A stretch of 64,000 nt of DNA, from assembly GCF_009914755.1 (NCBI RefSeq), contig NC_060931.1. One strand, 5' to 3'. The position numbers were made by a program, and so were the translations under genes. The stretch's first letter is position 1; each line of letters starts with the position of its first letter. Positions 1-14,327 of the stretch are shown piece after piece. The notes under the pieces were generated by a model, which worked only from the letters and a program-made list of their open reading frames with translations, was not told the origin of the DNA and did not search any database. The stretch comes from the human T2T-CHM13v2.0 reference genome, Homo sapiens.

Positions 1-858
1 TTCTTATAACAGTATTGAATCTAGTAGTATGTAATGGTTATAGAGGCTATCTATGCAAATAAGTTGAAATCAGCTCTGCTGACTAGCAGAAATACTTTAG
101 AATTTTCCACTCATTTTCTGTTTACTGCTAGAGATTTAATTGTTGTCTTATGTGGCAGAATTTGAATGCACAGACTTCAGCATGGAAGCTTGCCTTTTGT
201 TCATTTTTTTAGTCTAGCTTAGTAGTTCCCAAACTTGAGTGTGCATCAGCATTTCTGTTCAGGGCGATACACACAAAAGATTGTTAACTATACTTTATGG
301 ATGAGTTAACCTCTTTTCAAGGCAGTTTTGTCTATACTAGATTTTCATCTTGGAACCTACCTTTCCCTCATTACCCCAAAGATGCATCTCCTCTTTATTC
401 CTTCTATTTCTACTTTCAGTCCAGCACACAGCTGCTCATTGAGTGGACTTGTAGATGTGCTCTTGAATAGATTTCACACAATGGGAGACAAATTCAGTAG
501 CAATATATAGAATTTTGAACTTGTGAATCCCCGGTTGAGCTTTTATCTTCTTATTGCTTTCATATGCCTCTCTATGGTGAGAAGCTAGTACTGCTTTGTT
601 ATCTTCTTTCCCAATTTTTCCCCATAAACATTCTCCTAAAAAGCCCTAATGATGTAAATGATACATTATGTTCATTCTTGACAGGTTGGGGAAATGAGGA
701 AGGGAACTTTCCTTTGTGACTTGTGCTGTAGATATATTTTAAAATCTCCTATTTATCTATTTGACCCAATTTTTAAAAGTTACCTACATTAAAATAAATA
801 TTAAATAAATTTAGTATTATAATGAAACAGTAGTTTGCTTTTATTTATAAAGTTCATC

Positions 859-1189
<331 letters not shown>

Positions 1190-1539
1190 TTAAACTTATG
1201 AGATAACTTGTTTACTAACCAGAACACCCTTTTGGAGTTACTTACTGCTTTTCTCTGTGAGAACAAACATCATATATTCACCTTAACTTATATTTTCAAA
1301 AGTATAATGCTAAGACTACTCAAGCCAAGTGGGAAAGTGTAGGCCAAATGGAATAGTATTTCAGAATAACGGCTACAGTTTTAATTTCTCTAGAATAGCA
1401 GATCTGAAATATTGTTGTGTGTTCTAATTTTCAGGTAACTACTGGAAACTCATTAAAATATATTTTATACCCTATTCTATTTTTCTTACATATGTTATAA
1501 AGCCCTTACTACATTCGTATTTTATTAAAACAGTAATTA

Positions 1540-3190
1540 TTTAAAGATATTTATGTAAAACAGAAATCTTTTGTATTTACTCGAGTAGTTACCATTTCAG
1601 TGCTCTTTATTCCTTTGTCTATATCCAGATTTTCCTCTGATATCCTCTTCCTTCTGCCTGACTTCCTTTAAACATTCCTTGTGGCACAGATCTGCTGGTG
1701 ATGAATCCTATCAGCTTGCTTTTGTATTTCTGAAAATGTCTTATTTCACCTTATTTTTGTTGGATATAGAATTCTAGGTCAGTTTTTTTCTTTTAATAGT
1801 TTAAAGATGTTACTTCACTGTTTTATCATTTGCATTTTTTTTTACAAGAAACCTGCTGTCATTCTTACTTTTGTTCTCCTTTATAGATATCAAGTCCTAT
1901 AACGTATTCTGTTTATTCCTGGTTTTGAACAATTTGATTTTAATGTATCTTGGTATAGCTTTCTTCATGTTTCTTGTGCTTTGGGTTCATTGAGCTTCTT
2001 GGGCCTGAGGGTTAATAGTTTCCATCAAATTTGAAAAAAAAGTTAGTCATTATTTCTTCAGAATTTTTTTAGGAGTCCCTCCTCTTTTTTCTCTTATTCA
2101 GGAACTCCAGTTGCATGTATATTAGGATCACTGATGCTCTGTTTGTTTATTTTTATTTTTTCTTCTCCATATGTTACATTTTGAGTAGTTTCTATTGCTG
2201 TGTCTTCAAGTTCATTACCAAGTAGTCATATTTAGTGTGTTCTCCATCTCACACATTGTAGTTTTCATCTCTTGAAGTTCAATGGGGTGTTTCACAATTT
2301 TCCATGTCCCTATTTAACTTTCTGGACATATGGAATAGATTCATAATAACTGTTTTAATGACCTTGTTTGCAAATTCTAATGTCTTTTTTAGTTCTTGGT
2401 CAATTTTGTTTGATTGACTTTTTATCCTTGCTATTGGTTATATTTTCCTATATCTTTGCATGCCTAGTAATTTTTGATGGATGCCAGACATCGTGAATTG
2501 TAGGGTGCTGGATATTTTTATATTCCTATAAATCTTCTTGAGTATTTTTTTTCTGGGATGCAATTAGTTACTGGGAAACAGCTTGATCCTTTCAGGTCTT
2601 GTTTTTAAGATTAGTTTCTGAGTACTCTACCCAACACCCCATGAATTATGAAGTTTTCCAGTCTGGCTGGTAGGAATAGGCACAATTCCCAGACTTGTGT
2701 GAGTGCTGGGTACTGTTCCCATTAACACTTTCAGGTGGTTCTTTTCCTAACTTTGGGTTGTTTTCTCACATCTGTGTCCTGATCATTACACTGCTGAATA
2801 TTCAAGGGGGGAGCTCATTTGTAGACCTCTGAATATCTCTTCATATTTAGCTTTCCCCCCTCCAGTACTCTGGCCTGTGACATCCAGCTGCTCTGATCTC
2901 CTTAGTTCCTCCAATTCATCTCCTCAATTCAGGGATTATTCTAGGCTCTGCCTGGGTTTTCCTTTCCTGGGCCACAATCTGGAAGCTGGACTAGTCATAG
3001 AGCCCAGGTCATCAGTTTCCCATTTCTTAGGGTTCACCTCGTGTGTTTTCTGTTTCTCAAGGATTATTGCATTGTGTCCAGTGTCTTGAAAACTATTGCT
3101 TCATATTTTGTACAGAACTTTTATTTTCTTAGGCAGGGGGATAATTCCAATCCCTCTTACTCAGTCTTCTTTGGAAGTGGTTCCCCCATT
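1540..3190 (-). mobile_element. Old L1M (L1MC/MD-like) fragment
   Basis: T-rich degenerate antisense L1 motifs (cagatctgctggtgatgaatc, tatagaattctagg, ttcattgagcttcttgg, cattatttcttca). Confidence 0.7.
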
Positions 3191-4631
3191 CCTTTTCTCT
3201 TCCATGTAAAACCTTGTTGGTCAATATCATTTTGGCGACTACTTAAGTATTTAATGCTCAATTTAATGTAGTTTATTTTGATATTCTACATCTTTCTTTT
3301 CAGCAGTTTCCAAATTTTCTTTAATTAACATTTTATATTACAAGCATATTTTAAAAAATCCATTTTGCACAGTTATATTCTATATCATGCTTGATGCTTT
3401 TATCACTGTCCTAGCCATTCAAAACCATTCTTAAGGCAAGCTGGTCATAAAATAAGGAGTTAAATTTGTTGAGCATAATAATTTACATGCTTTTAAGTGG
3501 ATAAAAGATGCCACTATGGGAAAGTACCATGTTTTTTAAGGATAGAAGCCAAGTGGCTTTGAAATAATGTACTCTTGAATCTAGTAAATGTGAATGATCA
3601 TAAAACAGCTCATAAATTACTATATTTTAAATTGGATCACTTATGGATTGCTCCTCTTTTATATTTATTCAGGAGGTTCTGTAGTTCATGGATAGGCCTT
3701 GAGATTGTTCATATGTCAAGCAATAGTGAACTATGTGCTGGTGAATTATTTTATTTTTAATCCTCTCTCATATTTGAATGATAAAATATACTACTGTGAA
3801 CTAATATGAGAATAAAGTGTCAAAATTCAGGAGCACATCTTGCTATAGTGAATACATCTTGTTACTTCAAGAGTTTTCTGGCAGTAAGGGCACAATTGAC
3901 TGTGATAATTTAAAAGAATCCTTGAGGTGGTATAGTTCCATATGTCGTAGGAATATGTCAATGATTTTTTAATTTTGCAATTTGAGTTTTTAATGTAGTC
4001 TTTTGAAAGCTAGTTGTTAAGCATGGCAAGAAGACTAGAGTTACTTTAGAATTCTTAGGAAAATAATTTTGTAAGAACAAATTAAAATTAACTTTTTCTT
4101 CAGCACTGTCATAAATATCAGCACCATGAAGCCAAAATTGTGGCAGTGTTACATGGCTATGTTTCCAATATTTAAGAATAAAGGTTAGGCCAGATTTATA
4201 TTCTCTTGCAAAATTGAACCAAAATATAAATAATTTATAGAATTTTAAGAATAGAATCTTGAAAAAGCGAATACTACTCTGTGAGGGAGACTGTTAGTTG
4301 TCTCCTAGTCTCTCTTTTCCCCACTGTCCTCAGACATAAAGCACCTAAGTTTTAGCTGGGGACAAATCCCTACAGGATAGAGATGACATTTCTTAGCCTT
4401 CCTTGCAGCTAAGAATTTTAAACCATGTGACAAAGTTCTGACCACAGGATATAAACAGAATGGTTATGTGCAACTTCCAAGTAGGCCATTAAAGGACGGG
4501 GTGTGCTGTCTCCTTTCCCTTCTCATTTGCTGGAATGTGGGAATAATGGTTGCCTATCTTAGACTTTGCTAAGGATGCCAGCACTTTAAGAATGGCAGAG
4601 CAACAAGATTTTTAAAGAAGGCCTAGGACAG

Positions 4632-4984
4632 TGTATTAATCTGTTCTCACACTGCTAATAAAGACATACCCGAGACTGGGTAATTTATAAAGGAATGAGG
4701 TTTAAGGGACTCACAGTTCCACATTGCGGGGGAGGCCTCACAATCATGGTGGAAGGCAAAGGAGCAAAGGCACATCTTACATAGTGGCAGGCAAGAGAGC
4801 TTGTGCAGGGGAACTCCTATTTATAAAACCATCAGATCTCATGAGACTTGTTCACTACCATGGGAACAGTATGGGGGAAACCAACCACATGATTCAATTA
4901 TCTCCACCTGGCTCCATCCTTAACACATGGGGATTATTACAATTCAGGGTGAGATTTGGTTGGGGACACAGCCAAACCATATCA
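4632..4984 (-). mobile_element. THE1 (MaLR) solo LTR
   Basis: tgtattaatctgttctcacactgctaataaagacatacccgagactggg…cacagccaaaccatatca; 5-bp flanks gacag/gactg. Confidence 0.92.
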
Positions 4985-4999
4985 GACTGTGATAGTGAC

Positions 5000-5207
5000 A
5001 TTTTTACTTTATTATTTTATTTTATTTTATATTCGGGGGATACATATGCAAGTTTGTTACAAGGGTATATTGTGTGATGCTGAGGTTTGGGCATCTATCG
5101 ATCCCATCACTCAAATAGTGAACATAGTACCCAATAGGAGGTTTTTCAGCCCTTTGCGCCATCTCTCTGGCTCCTCCCTTTTGGAGTCCCCGGTGCCTAT
5201 TGTTCAT
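5000..5207 (-). mobile_element. L1 (older L1PA/PB) 3' end fragment
   Basis: T-rich tail followed by atacatatgcaagtttgttacaagggtatattg…gatcccatcactcaaatagtgaacatagtacccaatagg. Confidence 0.85.
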
Positions 5208-5310
5208 AGATGATGACTTCTTGAAGCAGAGTTGCCATAACAGCTTGGAGTCTTGTCTAACTAAGCCACTGTTATTTTCAGTCTCTGTCACGTACAGCCA
5301 AAGCTATATG

Positions 5311-5903
5311 CAGTAAGTCCTCACTTATCGTTATGGATAGGTTCTTGGAATCTGCGACCTTAAGTGAAATGACGTACAAGGAAACCACTGTTACCACAGG
5401 CTAATTGATATAAACAGGAGTTAAGCTCCTATGGCATATTTCTGGTCACAAAAATATCACCAAACTTCTACATAAAGATCGAAATATTTCTAATATAAAA
5501 CATCGGAATAAATGTGAGCTATACATACATTTAAGAAAGATTCCTAAAAACAAGTCTGAAAATTGTTTACCCACTTACACCAATTCATGGTCTTGGGTGG
5601 CCAGAGCCGATCCCAGCAGTTCAGGGCACCAGTTGGGAACCAGCCCCGGACAGGATGCCATCCCATCTCAGGGAACACTCATACCCACCCACATTCAGAC
5701 CGAGACTGTGTAGACACGCTGATTCACCTAACATGCACAGCTTTGGGATGTGGGAGGAAACCGGAGTACCCAGAGAAAACCCGTGCAGACAAGGGGAGCA
5801 TGTGCAAACTCTATGCACACAGTGGCCCGGGCTAGGAAGTCATTTTTTCTTTTATCAACTTTATAATGAAACAAATGAAATGACATTATTTGAGAACCTG
5901 CTG
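5311..5903 (-). mobile_element. MER6A-like TcMar-Tigger DNA transposon
   Basis: Ends cagtaagtcctc…/…gagaacctgctg followed by TA; internal gggaggaaaccggagtacccagagaaaaccc motif typical of MER6. Confidence 0.85.
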
Positions 5904-6760
5904 TACATTGTTCCCATAATTGTATTTTTTTTTGTTTATAAGACACATTAAGGGTTTCTTTTTGTAACCATAAGCTTGAAAGGACCAAGTGATCATACAT
6001 CATAGAGATCTAAACTTTTTCAAAGGCCTTCATTTTTTTAAAACCAGACTATTTCAATATCTATCAGCTGAGGTGAGGAACACAATATAATTAAACTTAC
6101 CTGGCTCTTGTCTGAGAAATTTAAAAAAAGATTTGAGGCACTTAAATCCTTATGCTGACTTTTGAAAAAAACAAGGGTTGGGAAAAGAGAGAATGCTAAG
6201 TTGTTCAGCTTTCTACTTTGCCCGCAGACACCAAATATTTTTTCAATTTTCAGTTCCCAGTGTGAAAAGACTCCCTATACCATTTCACACTGTTTACTAC
6301 TCCCCCTTTTGGAAATGATCATCCCAGAGCTTCTGGGATATCATACTCTCCAGTTTCCTCCTCTGCCTCTGCTCTCTCCTTGTCTCCTTTTTGGGACCCT
6401 ATTTAATTCACTCCCTCAGTGTGGGCATATTCTGATTCTTGGCTCACTTTTCCCTTTACTCTGTAAGGGAGATCACAAATTGGCAGCTTATAGACATGTT
6501 TTGTTGATGCCACACAGAATTCAAAGTAATTTAAATTTTGAATTAATCTTTTCTAAAGGCTATTTCCTTTTCCTCCCCCTTTGTTTTCAATTCCATTTCC
6601 TCCTTCAGATCATTTCTACTATTATCTTAATCAGACAATCATGTTGTCTTACCTGGCTTCCTTGCAATAGAATTCTAACCAATATTACTTTTGGAATAGC
6701 CTTTCTAAAATGAAATTTTAATATTTTTCTATCTAGCCTCAAAACTTTGATCAGCTCATC

Positions 6761-7164
6761 TGCTTTCTAGATGAGATTTCATCTACATCTAGATGCTTTC
6801 TAGATGTGGATTTCATCTACATCTAGGATGCTTTCTAGATGTGGATTTCATCTACATCTAGGATGCTTTCTAGATGTGGATTTCATCTACATCTAGGATG
6901 CTTTCTAGATGTGGATTTCATCTACATCTAGGATGCTTTCTAGATGTGGATTTCATCTACATCTAGGATGCTTTCTAGATGTGGATTTCATCTACATCTA
7001 GGATGCTTTCTAGATGTGGATTTCATCTACATCTAGGATGCTTTCTAGATGTGGATTTCATCTACATCTAGGATGCTTTCTAGATGTGGATTTCATCTAC
7101 ATCTAGGATGCTTTCTAGATGTGGATTTCATCTACATCTAGATGCTTTCTAGATGTAGATTTCA
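6761..7164. repeat. Minisatellite, 35-bp palindromic unit TGCTTTCTAGATGTGGATTTCATCTACATCTAGGA, ~11.6 copies
   Basis: One 33-bp variant unit (6761-6793), nine identical 35-bp units (6794-7108), one 34-bp unit (7109-7142) and a 22-bp partial unit. Confidence 0.97.
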
Positions 7165-7169
7165 AACTC

Positions 7170-8290
<1,121 letters not shown>

Positions 8291-9043
8291 CTGTGTACAC
8301 ATTTCTACCAGAAAAGTCCTTCCCACTCTCTTCTCCTCACATTCATCTCTTAAATTCCTGATTTTCTTTTGAGTTCATATTTCACCTCTCCTGGAATCCC
8401 TTTTTATACACCAGTGCTGGAATACTTAATAGGGGGATTATGTAGACTCTTCAGGGCAGGCAGGAGTACCCTACAAATGAAAATAAATTAACTTTGATGA
8501 GCTTATACCACCTTTGCAATCAGAAAATCTTGAAAGAAGCTTTTTTGAGTGTGCATGTAAGTGTTATGTTTCATAGTTTTTAAACTTTAAATAAAATGTA
8601 GTGGACTGGGTATGCAACTATGATATTTTAGAACAAGCATCATGTCACAATATTAATCTGGCTTTGCTGCCCCCTCTCCCCTGCCCTGTGTAGATTAGGA
8701 GCAAACCTAGGGTGTTTGCGCTTCCCAAATACTCTGGGCATCCCTTGCTACCCTAAATGGTAAATATCCGTTTCTTTTTCTGTCTCTCCATCTAGACTGG
8801 GAGCTGCTTAGTGATAACTCCTTTGTCTTTCATTAAAAAAATCTTTACAACTAAATTCCAGTAATTCTCCATAGAAAGTGTTTGGTAAGTTTTGAACAAA
8901 TGATTAGACATCCTTTGTGGTCAAATGTAGGCATGTGAGAGAGACTACTAGCATTTGCCCTACTGAAGATCAGAGATCTGAGGACATTTTAAGAAATGCC
9001 TAATTAGATGGCTTCATTGAAATACAACTTGATCTCTTTCTTG

Positions 9044-9080
9044 CTCTCTCTCTCTCTCTCTCACACGCACACACACACAC
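9044..9080. repeat. (CT)n(CA)n microsatellite
   Basis: Direct observation. Confidence 0.9.
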
Positions 9081-9467
9081 AGACAGACACCTCCTTTAAA
9101 AAGCTAATTCAAAAAGAGTAGAAGCAAAAAAGTGAGATTTAAAACTTTTTCTCAACCTATACACCTGAGGAAGGTGTTAGATTTAAGGCCTAAAGTGGAT
9201 TTTAAACTGACACCTCCCCTAACATATTTTTAAAGTGTTTTCTGTACTTTTTAAAACAGCTTTTCTTTTTCATGTCAGCAAATTCATGAGTTAACATTCA
9301 TGTACTAACATTAACTCCCATTTTGGACTTGCTCATTATGCAGTGGTAAATAGTGGCTGGTTAATGTTTTCTCTTTCAAAAATGTGATTATACTTAGTTA
9401 TTTATAAGTAATTCCCCCTTTTTTACCTTTCATTTTTAAAACTAGAAATTCTTGTTTCGACCCTATA

Positions 9468-9858
9468 TGTCTTATTTGGGTTCTCTGAATCAGATTCTTA
9501 GACAAAGATTTGAGTGCAGGTAGTTTACTAAGGAGGCATTCAGTAAACTGTTTGTATTAAGCAAGTTACTGACTTGAGCAACTGAAATTTTAATTCTTTC
9601 GGGGGACCTGTGAAAAATATGCCTACAATTAGCTACATGAGAAGCAAGGGAGTTGGGATATGATATCCTAGAACCTGTTAGTCCTTAGTTGAGGGCTCTT
9701 CTAGGGGGTGTTAATACCCAGAGTTTCCAACTGCAGTGCAGGTCCAGAGAAAACCCTCAGGTAAAGAAATAAAAGGGTTGACGGTTGGAAGTCTGTGGGC
9801 ACAGATTCAAGTAGCAATGACCAGGGAGTGTGGGGCAGTACCAACAGCGTTCACTGTA
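9468..9858 (-). mobile_element. Old ERVL LTR (LTR16/LTR33-like)
   Basis: tgtcttatttgggttctctg…agacaaagatttgagtgcaggtagttta motif. Confidence 0.6.
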
Positions 9859-10148
9859 TATGGAGATGGGCGCCATCATGGGAGGAGTGCTCAAGTGTGA
9901 AAAAGCCCAGAATTTAAGTTAGTTTTTCTCAAGCATTTACTCAGTCCTCAGGTAAGTACCTACTGTGTGTAAAGGCTGTACTAGGTAATGGGATGTATGA
10001 ATTCGCTTGTAGAGGCAATTAGCTGTTTAAAGCTCAGTTTCTTTATTTCAAATGAGAACTTATTTTCTTTCTTTCAAAATGGAGAATCAAATGAGATCGT
10101 ATTCCTGAACATACTTTAAAATGTTGAGAGCATTTTACACTCATCTCC

Positions 10149-10454
10149 TTTTTTTTTTTTTTTTTTTTGGATATGGAGTCTCACTCTTGCCCAGGCTGGA
10201 GTGGCAGTGTTGTGATTTTGGCACACTGTAACCTCTGCCTCCTGCCTCCCAGATTCAAGCGATTCTCCTGCCTCAGCTTCCTGAGTAGCTAGGATTACAG
10301 GCGCGTGCCACCACACCCAGCTAATTTTTGTATTTTTAGTAGAGACAGAGTTTCACCATGTTGGTCAGGTTGGTCTCGAACTCCTGACCTCATGATCCTC
10401 CCTCCTCGGCCTCCCAAAGTGTTGGATTACAGGTGTGAGCCACTGCGCCTGGCC
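10149..10454 (-). mobile_element. AluS (Sg/Sc-like) element
   Basis: Antisense Alu; cctcatgatc 2-nt deletion form; TSD acactcatctc/acactcgtctc. Confidence 0.95.
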
Positions 10455-11749
10455 ACACTCGTCTCTTATCAGGAATATGTTAGCCAGTCAAAAGCTTGTT
10501 TTCTTCTTAGGCCATGTGAATTTGGCCTCTCTGCGAAACATGTATAAGACAGTAAATTTAAAAGTTTCATGAAAGGAATAAGGTACCATGGGGATGGTTA
10601 TTTTTAGCCAGTTGGCAGTGAAGACTTCCTGGGGAAAGTGGATAAAATGGACCTTAAAGTAATGGATAGGAATTATCCATGTGGAAACAGGGAATTTCTG
10701 AAGGAACAGTGAATTCCAGGAGAGCTTGAGCAAAGCCCTAGAGGCAGTGCAACTGAGAACCACTCAGTACCCAGGTTAAGCATTTTTTCCCCCTTAACTA
10801 CAAATTGAGGATATTAGTACTACCTACACTATAAGATTGTTGTAAGGATATCTTGTAAGGATAAATGAGCTATGTCATGTAAGGTAGGTAGGTTAGGGTA
10901 AATTCTAACTTCATCTGTAGCTTTTGGTGTCAGTGTAGTTTCTGATGATAAGTTATCCAGTCCCAAAGAAAGCAGTGTTTCCTAAAGTAGATGGGATGTA
11001 AACCCCACAACATCTGCAAGAAAAAAGGATTATGACATTAAAAGAATTTGAGAAATCCTGTGTACCATACATAGATGGATTTCATAGAGAGGCACATTAA
11101 GATATTAACAGTGCTGAGAAGTGCAGCAATAAATAAACCTTTTTTTTTTTACTTTGTTTAATGCTGTGTATTAAATTTCTTTAATTGCTGGTTTCTTTTC
11201 TCCCCTTAATGTAATACTTATTCATGTTGGACATTCTTTGTAAAATGTGAATTTGAAGAGCTTCATGTGGTGCGCCAACCAAGTTACCAGTACTTACATA
11301 TCCACTTTAATGTTGTTAATCTATCTTAAGGAGTTGTAAATGGCTTGAAATAATAAGAAACTTTGCTTAAAATACTTTTTGTGATTCTCCCTCTAGGCAT
11401 GCTTCTGAGCAGTTTCTTAGTCATTGCCCCCACATCAATCATTGTATGGTGCTTTACATATTTCATTCCTCATTTTCTGCACAGAATTGTATTGCTCACC
11501 CCATGATTTCTCCCAGGCCTCAGATCTGCTCAGAATGATGTTTTTTTGGCCTCACTTGAGATAATTTAAAGAACATTCCCCAGACAATTCTGAAAGTTGA
11601 CTTCCAAAAATACTTGGAGTAATGCCATCATCATTAAACTAAGTGGATGACTTTCAAGGTGAGTGGTTTTAAAAGGGACAGCAGCTTCTTGGACGTGCAC
11701 TTTCTCTGCAGAACAAATGGTTTGTCTTTTTATAGTCATAGAAGGAGCT

Positions 11750-12960
11750 CTGAATTCCTACTATGTGTTTGTCCTTTTGGTAGATATAGTCTATTTTGGG
11801 CAGAAGTTCATAGTCTACTGGGGTAAAAAATAAATGTTCAAAAGTAACCACTGTAGAAGAGGATAGATATAGTCATAAAAGCTACAGAGTGTTATCAAAG
11901 TACAGAGGAGGGGTCTTTCATAGGGGTCAAGAAAAGTGGCAAGGATACTTACGATGAACCTTGAATACCACATGAACAATAGAGATATTCCAGGCAGAGA
12001 GAAGTAATGTGCAGAGGCCCAGAGATGTGACAAAGGACAAGGAACTCCATGTAAGTGCAAATGGAGTGTAGACTCCACATGGGAATATGGATGGTGAGTG
12101 AGGCTGGGAAGCCAGATGGAGTCCTGACTATAAAGGGCTGTGTAAGTGCTGGGGTAAAGAGTTTGGAGTTTAGCCTCTAGATGGTAGAGCACACCTGATA
12201 GATTATTAGACAGAGATGGCCATAGTCACAATTTTAAGCAATTTGGTAAGTGGCAACTATGCAGTTGAGTTGGAGTGAGGAAAGACGGGGGCCAGGAGCT
12301 TGGGAGGCTATTACAGCGGTCCAGCCAACGGGGAGTCTAAACTAAGGTAGTAATTGTGATGATGGGGAAGACAAAATGGATATGATAGATATTTAAAAGA
12401 TGAGGAACGGAGATGATAAGGGGAGTCTGGGATTCTTTCACATGGGGAAGAGTTTGGATGTTGGTATAGGTCAGTGTAATTAGAATTCAGGAGAGAAACA
12501 CATTTTAAGGGACATTTGCTGAGTTGTATTCTGTATTTGTTGTGTTTGAAGTGCTTATGGGTTATTCATTTGTATTTTCATCAGTTCCTAGAGTAAGTAC
12601 TCTGTGCCAAACAATGTGTTTGACTCTGAGGATGTGGCAAGAAAAGAGTCAGAATGTTCCATGTGCCTGTGAAGCTTACAGCTTAGTGGGAGAGACAGAC
12701 GTAAATAATTACCCAACTAATTACTTCATTAGTAAGTATAGAAGAAGGGGACCTAACTCATAAGGAAGTCTTCTGTCCATTCTGGAACTTAGCAAAATAG
12801 TTTGGTCTGCAAAGTGACAGAGATTTGAGGATGATTGGTGAGTAGTTGCTAACTGAAGTCATTAGTGAGATTGCCCAGACTAGGTTTGCAAAACAGGCAG
12901 AAAAGGAGGCCTAGGTTAGAATGTGAATATTTAAGGAGAAAGTTAGATAAAGTCCTAAAA
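11750..12960 (-). mobile_element. L2 fragments
   Basis: Purine-rich antisense L2 motifs (attccaggcagagagaag…gtgcagaggcccagag, ggaggctattacagcggtccag, gaagcttacagcttagtggggagagacagac). Confidence 0.65.
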
Positions 12961-12986
12961 TGAAGCTGGAAAAGAGTGGCAGAGTA

Positions 12987-13298
12987 TCACTGCCCCTCGG
13001 TATCTGTGGTGGATTGGTTCCAGCGACTCCCTTGGATACCAATATCAGTGGATGCCCAAGTCTCTTGGGTAAAAGGGTATAGTGTTTGCATATAATCCAT
13101 ACTGTATACTTTAAATCGTCTCTATATTACTAATAATACCTAATTCAGTATAAATGCTATGTAAGTAGTTGGTATACTGTATTGTTTTTCAACTTGTATT
13201 TTTATATTGTTATTGCTTATTTATTTATTTTTAAAAAATATTTTGCATTTGCAATTGAATTTGGGGATGTGGAATCCATAGATACGGAGGGCCAATTG
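12987..13298. mobile_element. MER2 (TcMar-Tigger)
   Basis: cccctcggtatctgtgg…gattggttccag and gatacggagggccaattg followed by TA. Confidence 0.88.
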
Positions 13299-13452
13299 TA
13301 ATTTAAAGGTGTATGGAAAGGGTTGGGAATGTTGCCAAGAGGTCACATAAAGTAAATGTAAGAGGTGCCATGGGCTTTGAAACTGCAGTTCCATGCTGGC
13401 TCTAGCAAGAGCAGGTGCAGTAGAGTGGTGTATGTACAAGCTGTATTTCCTG

Positions 13453-14327
13453 CCAGTGGTGTGCTAGATCTAGCTTATGCTGCCTTGAGAGAGCTGGATT
13501 GTTAAATTTTCAGGAATTATGCAAGCTGGTTGTTAAAATAGCCATTAGTAAAAATTAAAGTATGTACACTTACAATTAAATTGTATTAGAATAGATGTAG
13601 TAAAAATATTAAAGCTCATCCTCCCTAATTATTTTACAACATTTTTCTATTATCTATGCTCTTAAGGTTATTTATGTCTATTATTTTCCTGAATGGGTGG
13701 ATGTACTATACAATGGTGTACTACCGCACATTTCTTTTCAAGTCTATGTTTATTGACTCTTGTTGGCATATTGAAATTAGCCAAAGTGAGAGTATTTACA
13801 CCGTGGAAATTGGCAAATAAATGCCACAAATCGGAGATTTTGTTTTGTTGATTTTCTAGACCTGAGAAAGTGATAGAGAAATTGTTAAGAATGCGGACTA
13901 CAGTTAAACTTGTGTTGGTATACAACAATTACATTGTGAATGGCACAAAAAAATCGAGGAAATGGTCTTTCGGTACTTGTGAACTGTCATCCAATTCAAT
14001 AAAGAAGTTGCTCTCAATATTGATGAGTAAGAGAAGTTCCGATATACACAGTCATTGTTTCACTTTCTTCTTACTTATTAATGCAAAAGAAAATATTATT
14101 TGTGTCAGAACCTACCAGGTTTGGTAAGTATTAATGAAAGCATTTTGTAAGAAACAGTTGGCTATATGGAATTTTCAGTAAAGGATATTATATGTTTTAT
14201 TATTATTTGTCAATTGTGTGCTGTATCTCCTTTATTTTAGTACAGTTTATAATGAACATATATATGTGTGTATATACACTTTTATTTTGATGAGAGCCAG
14301 TTGTTAACATTTATCAGCACACAGTGG
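13453..14327 (+). mobile_element. MER63 (hAT-Blackjack), long variant
   Basis: Terminal inverted repeats ccagtggtgtgct…/…agcacacagtgg; gattgttaaattttcaggaatt core. Confidence 0.82.

Larger units (their letters stand above)
4280..5310 (+). mobile_element. ERVL LTR (LTR16/LTR33-like), interrupted by THE1 and an L1 3' end
   Basis: ccttccttgcagctaag…catgtgacaaagttctgacca motif at the start; taagccactgttattttcagtctctgt at the end. Confidence 0.6.

Noticed and set aside
6162-6713. 183-aa ORF
   Set aside because: Non-ATG start, overlaps degenerate L2, low-complexity Leu/Phe-rich translation, and no recognisable domain.
6761-7164. CRISPR-like array (35-bp palindromic repeats)
   Set aside because: Units are head-to-tail with no unique spacers, there are no cas genes, and the context is primate DNA. 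It is a minisatellite.
10975-11255. Possible old hAT-Charlie fragment
   Set aside because: Only weak motif resemblance; not supportable without an alignment.
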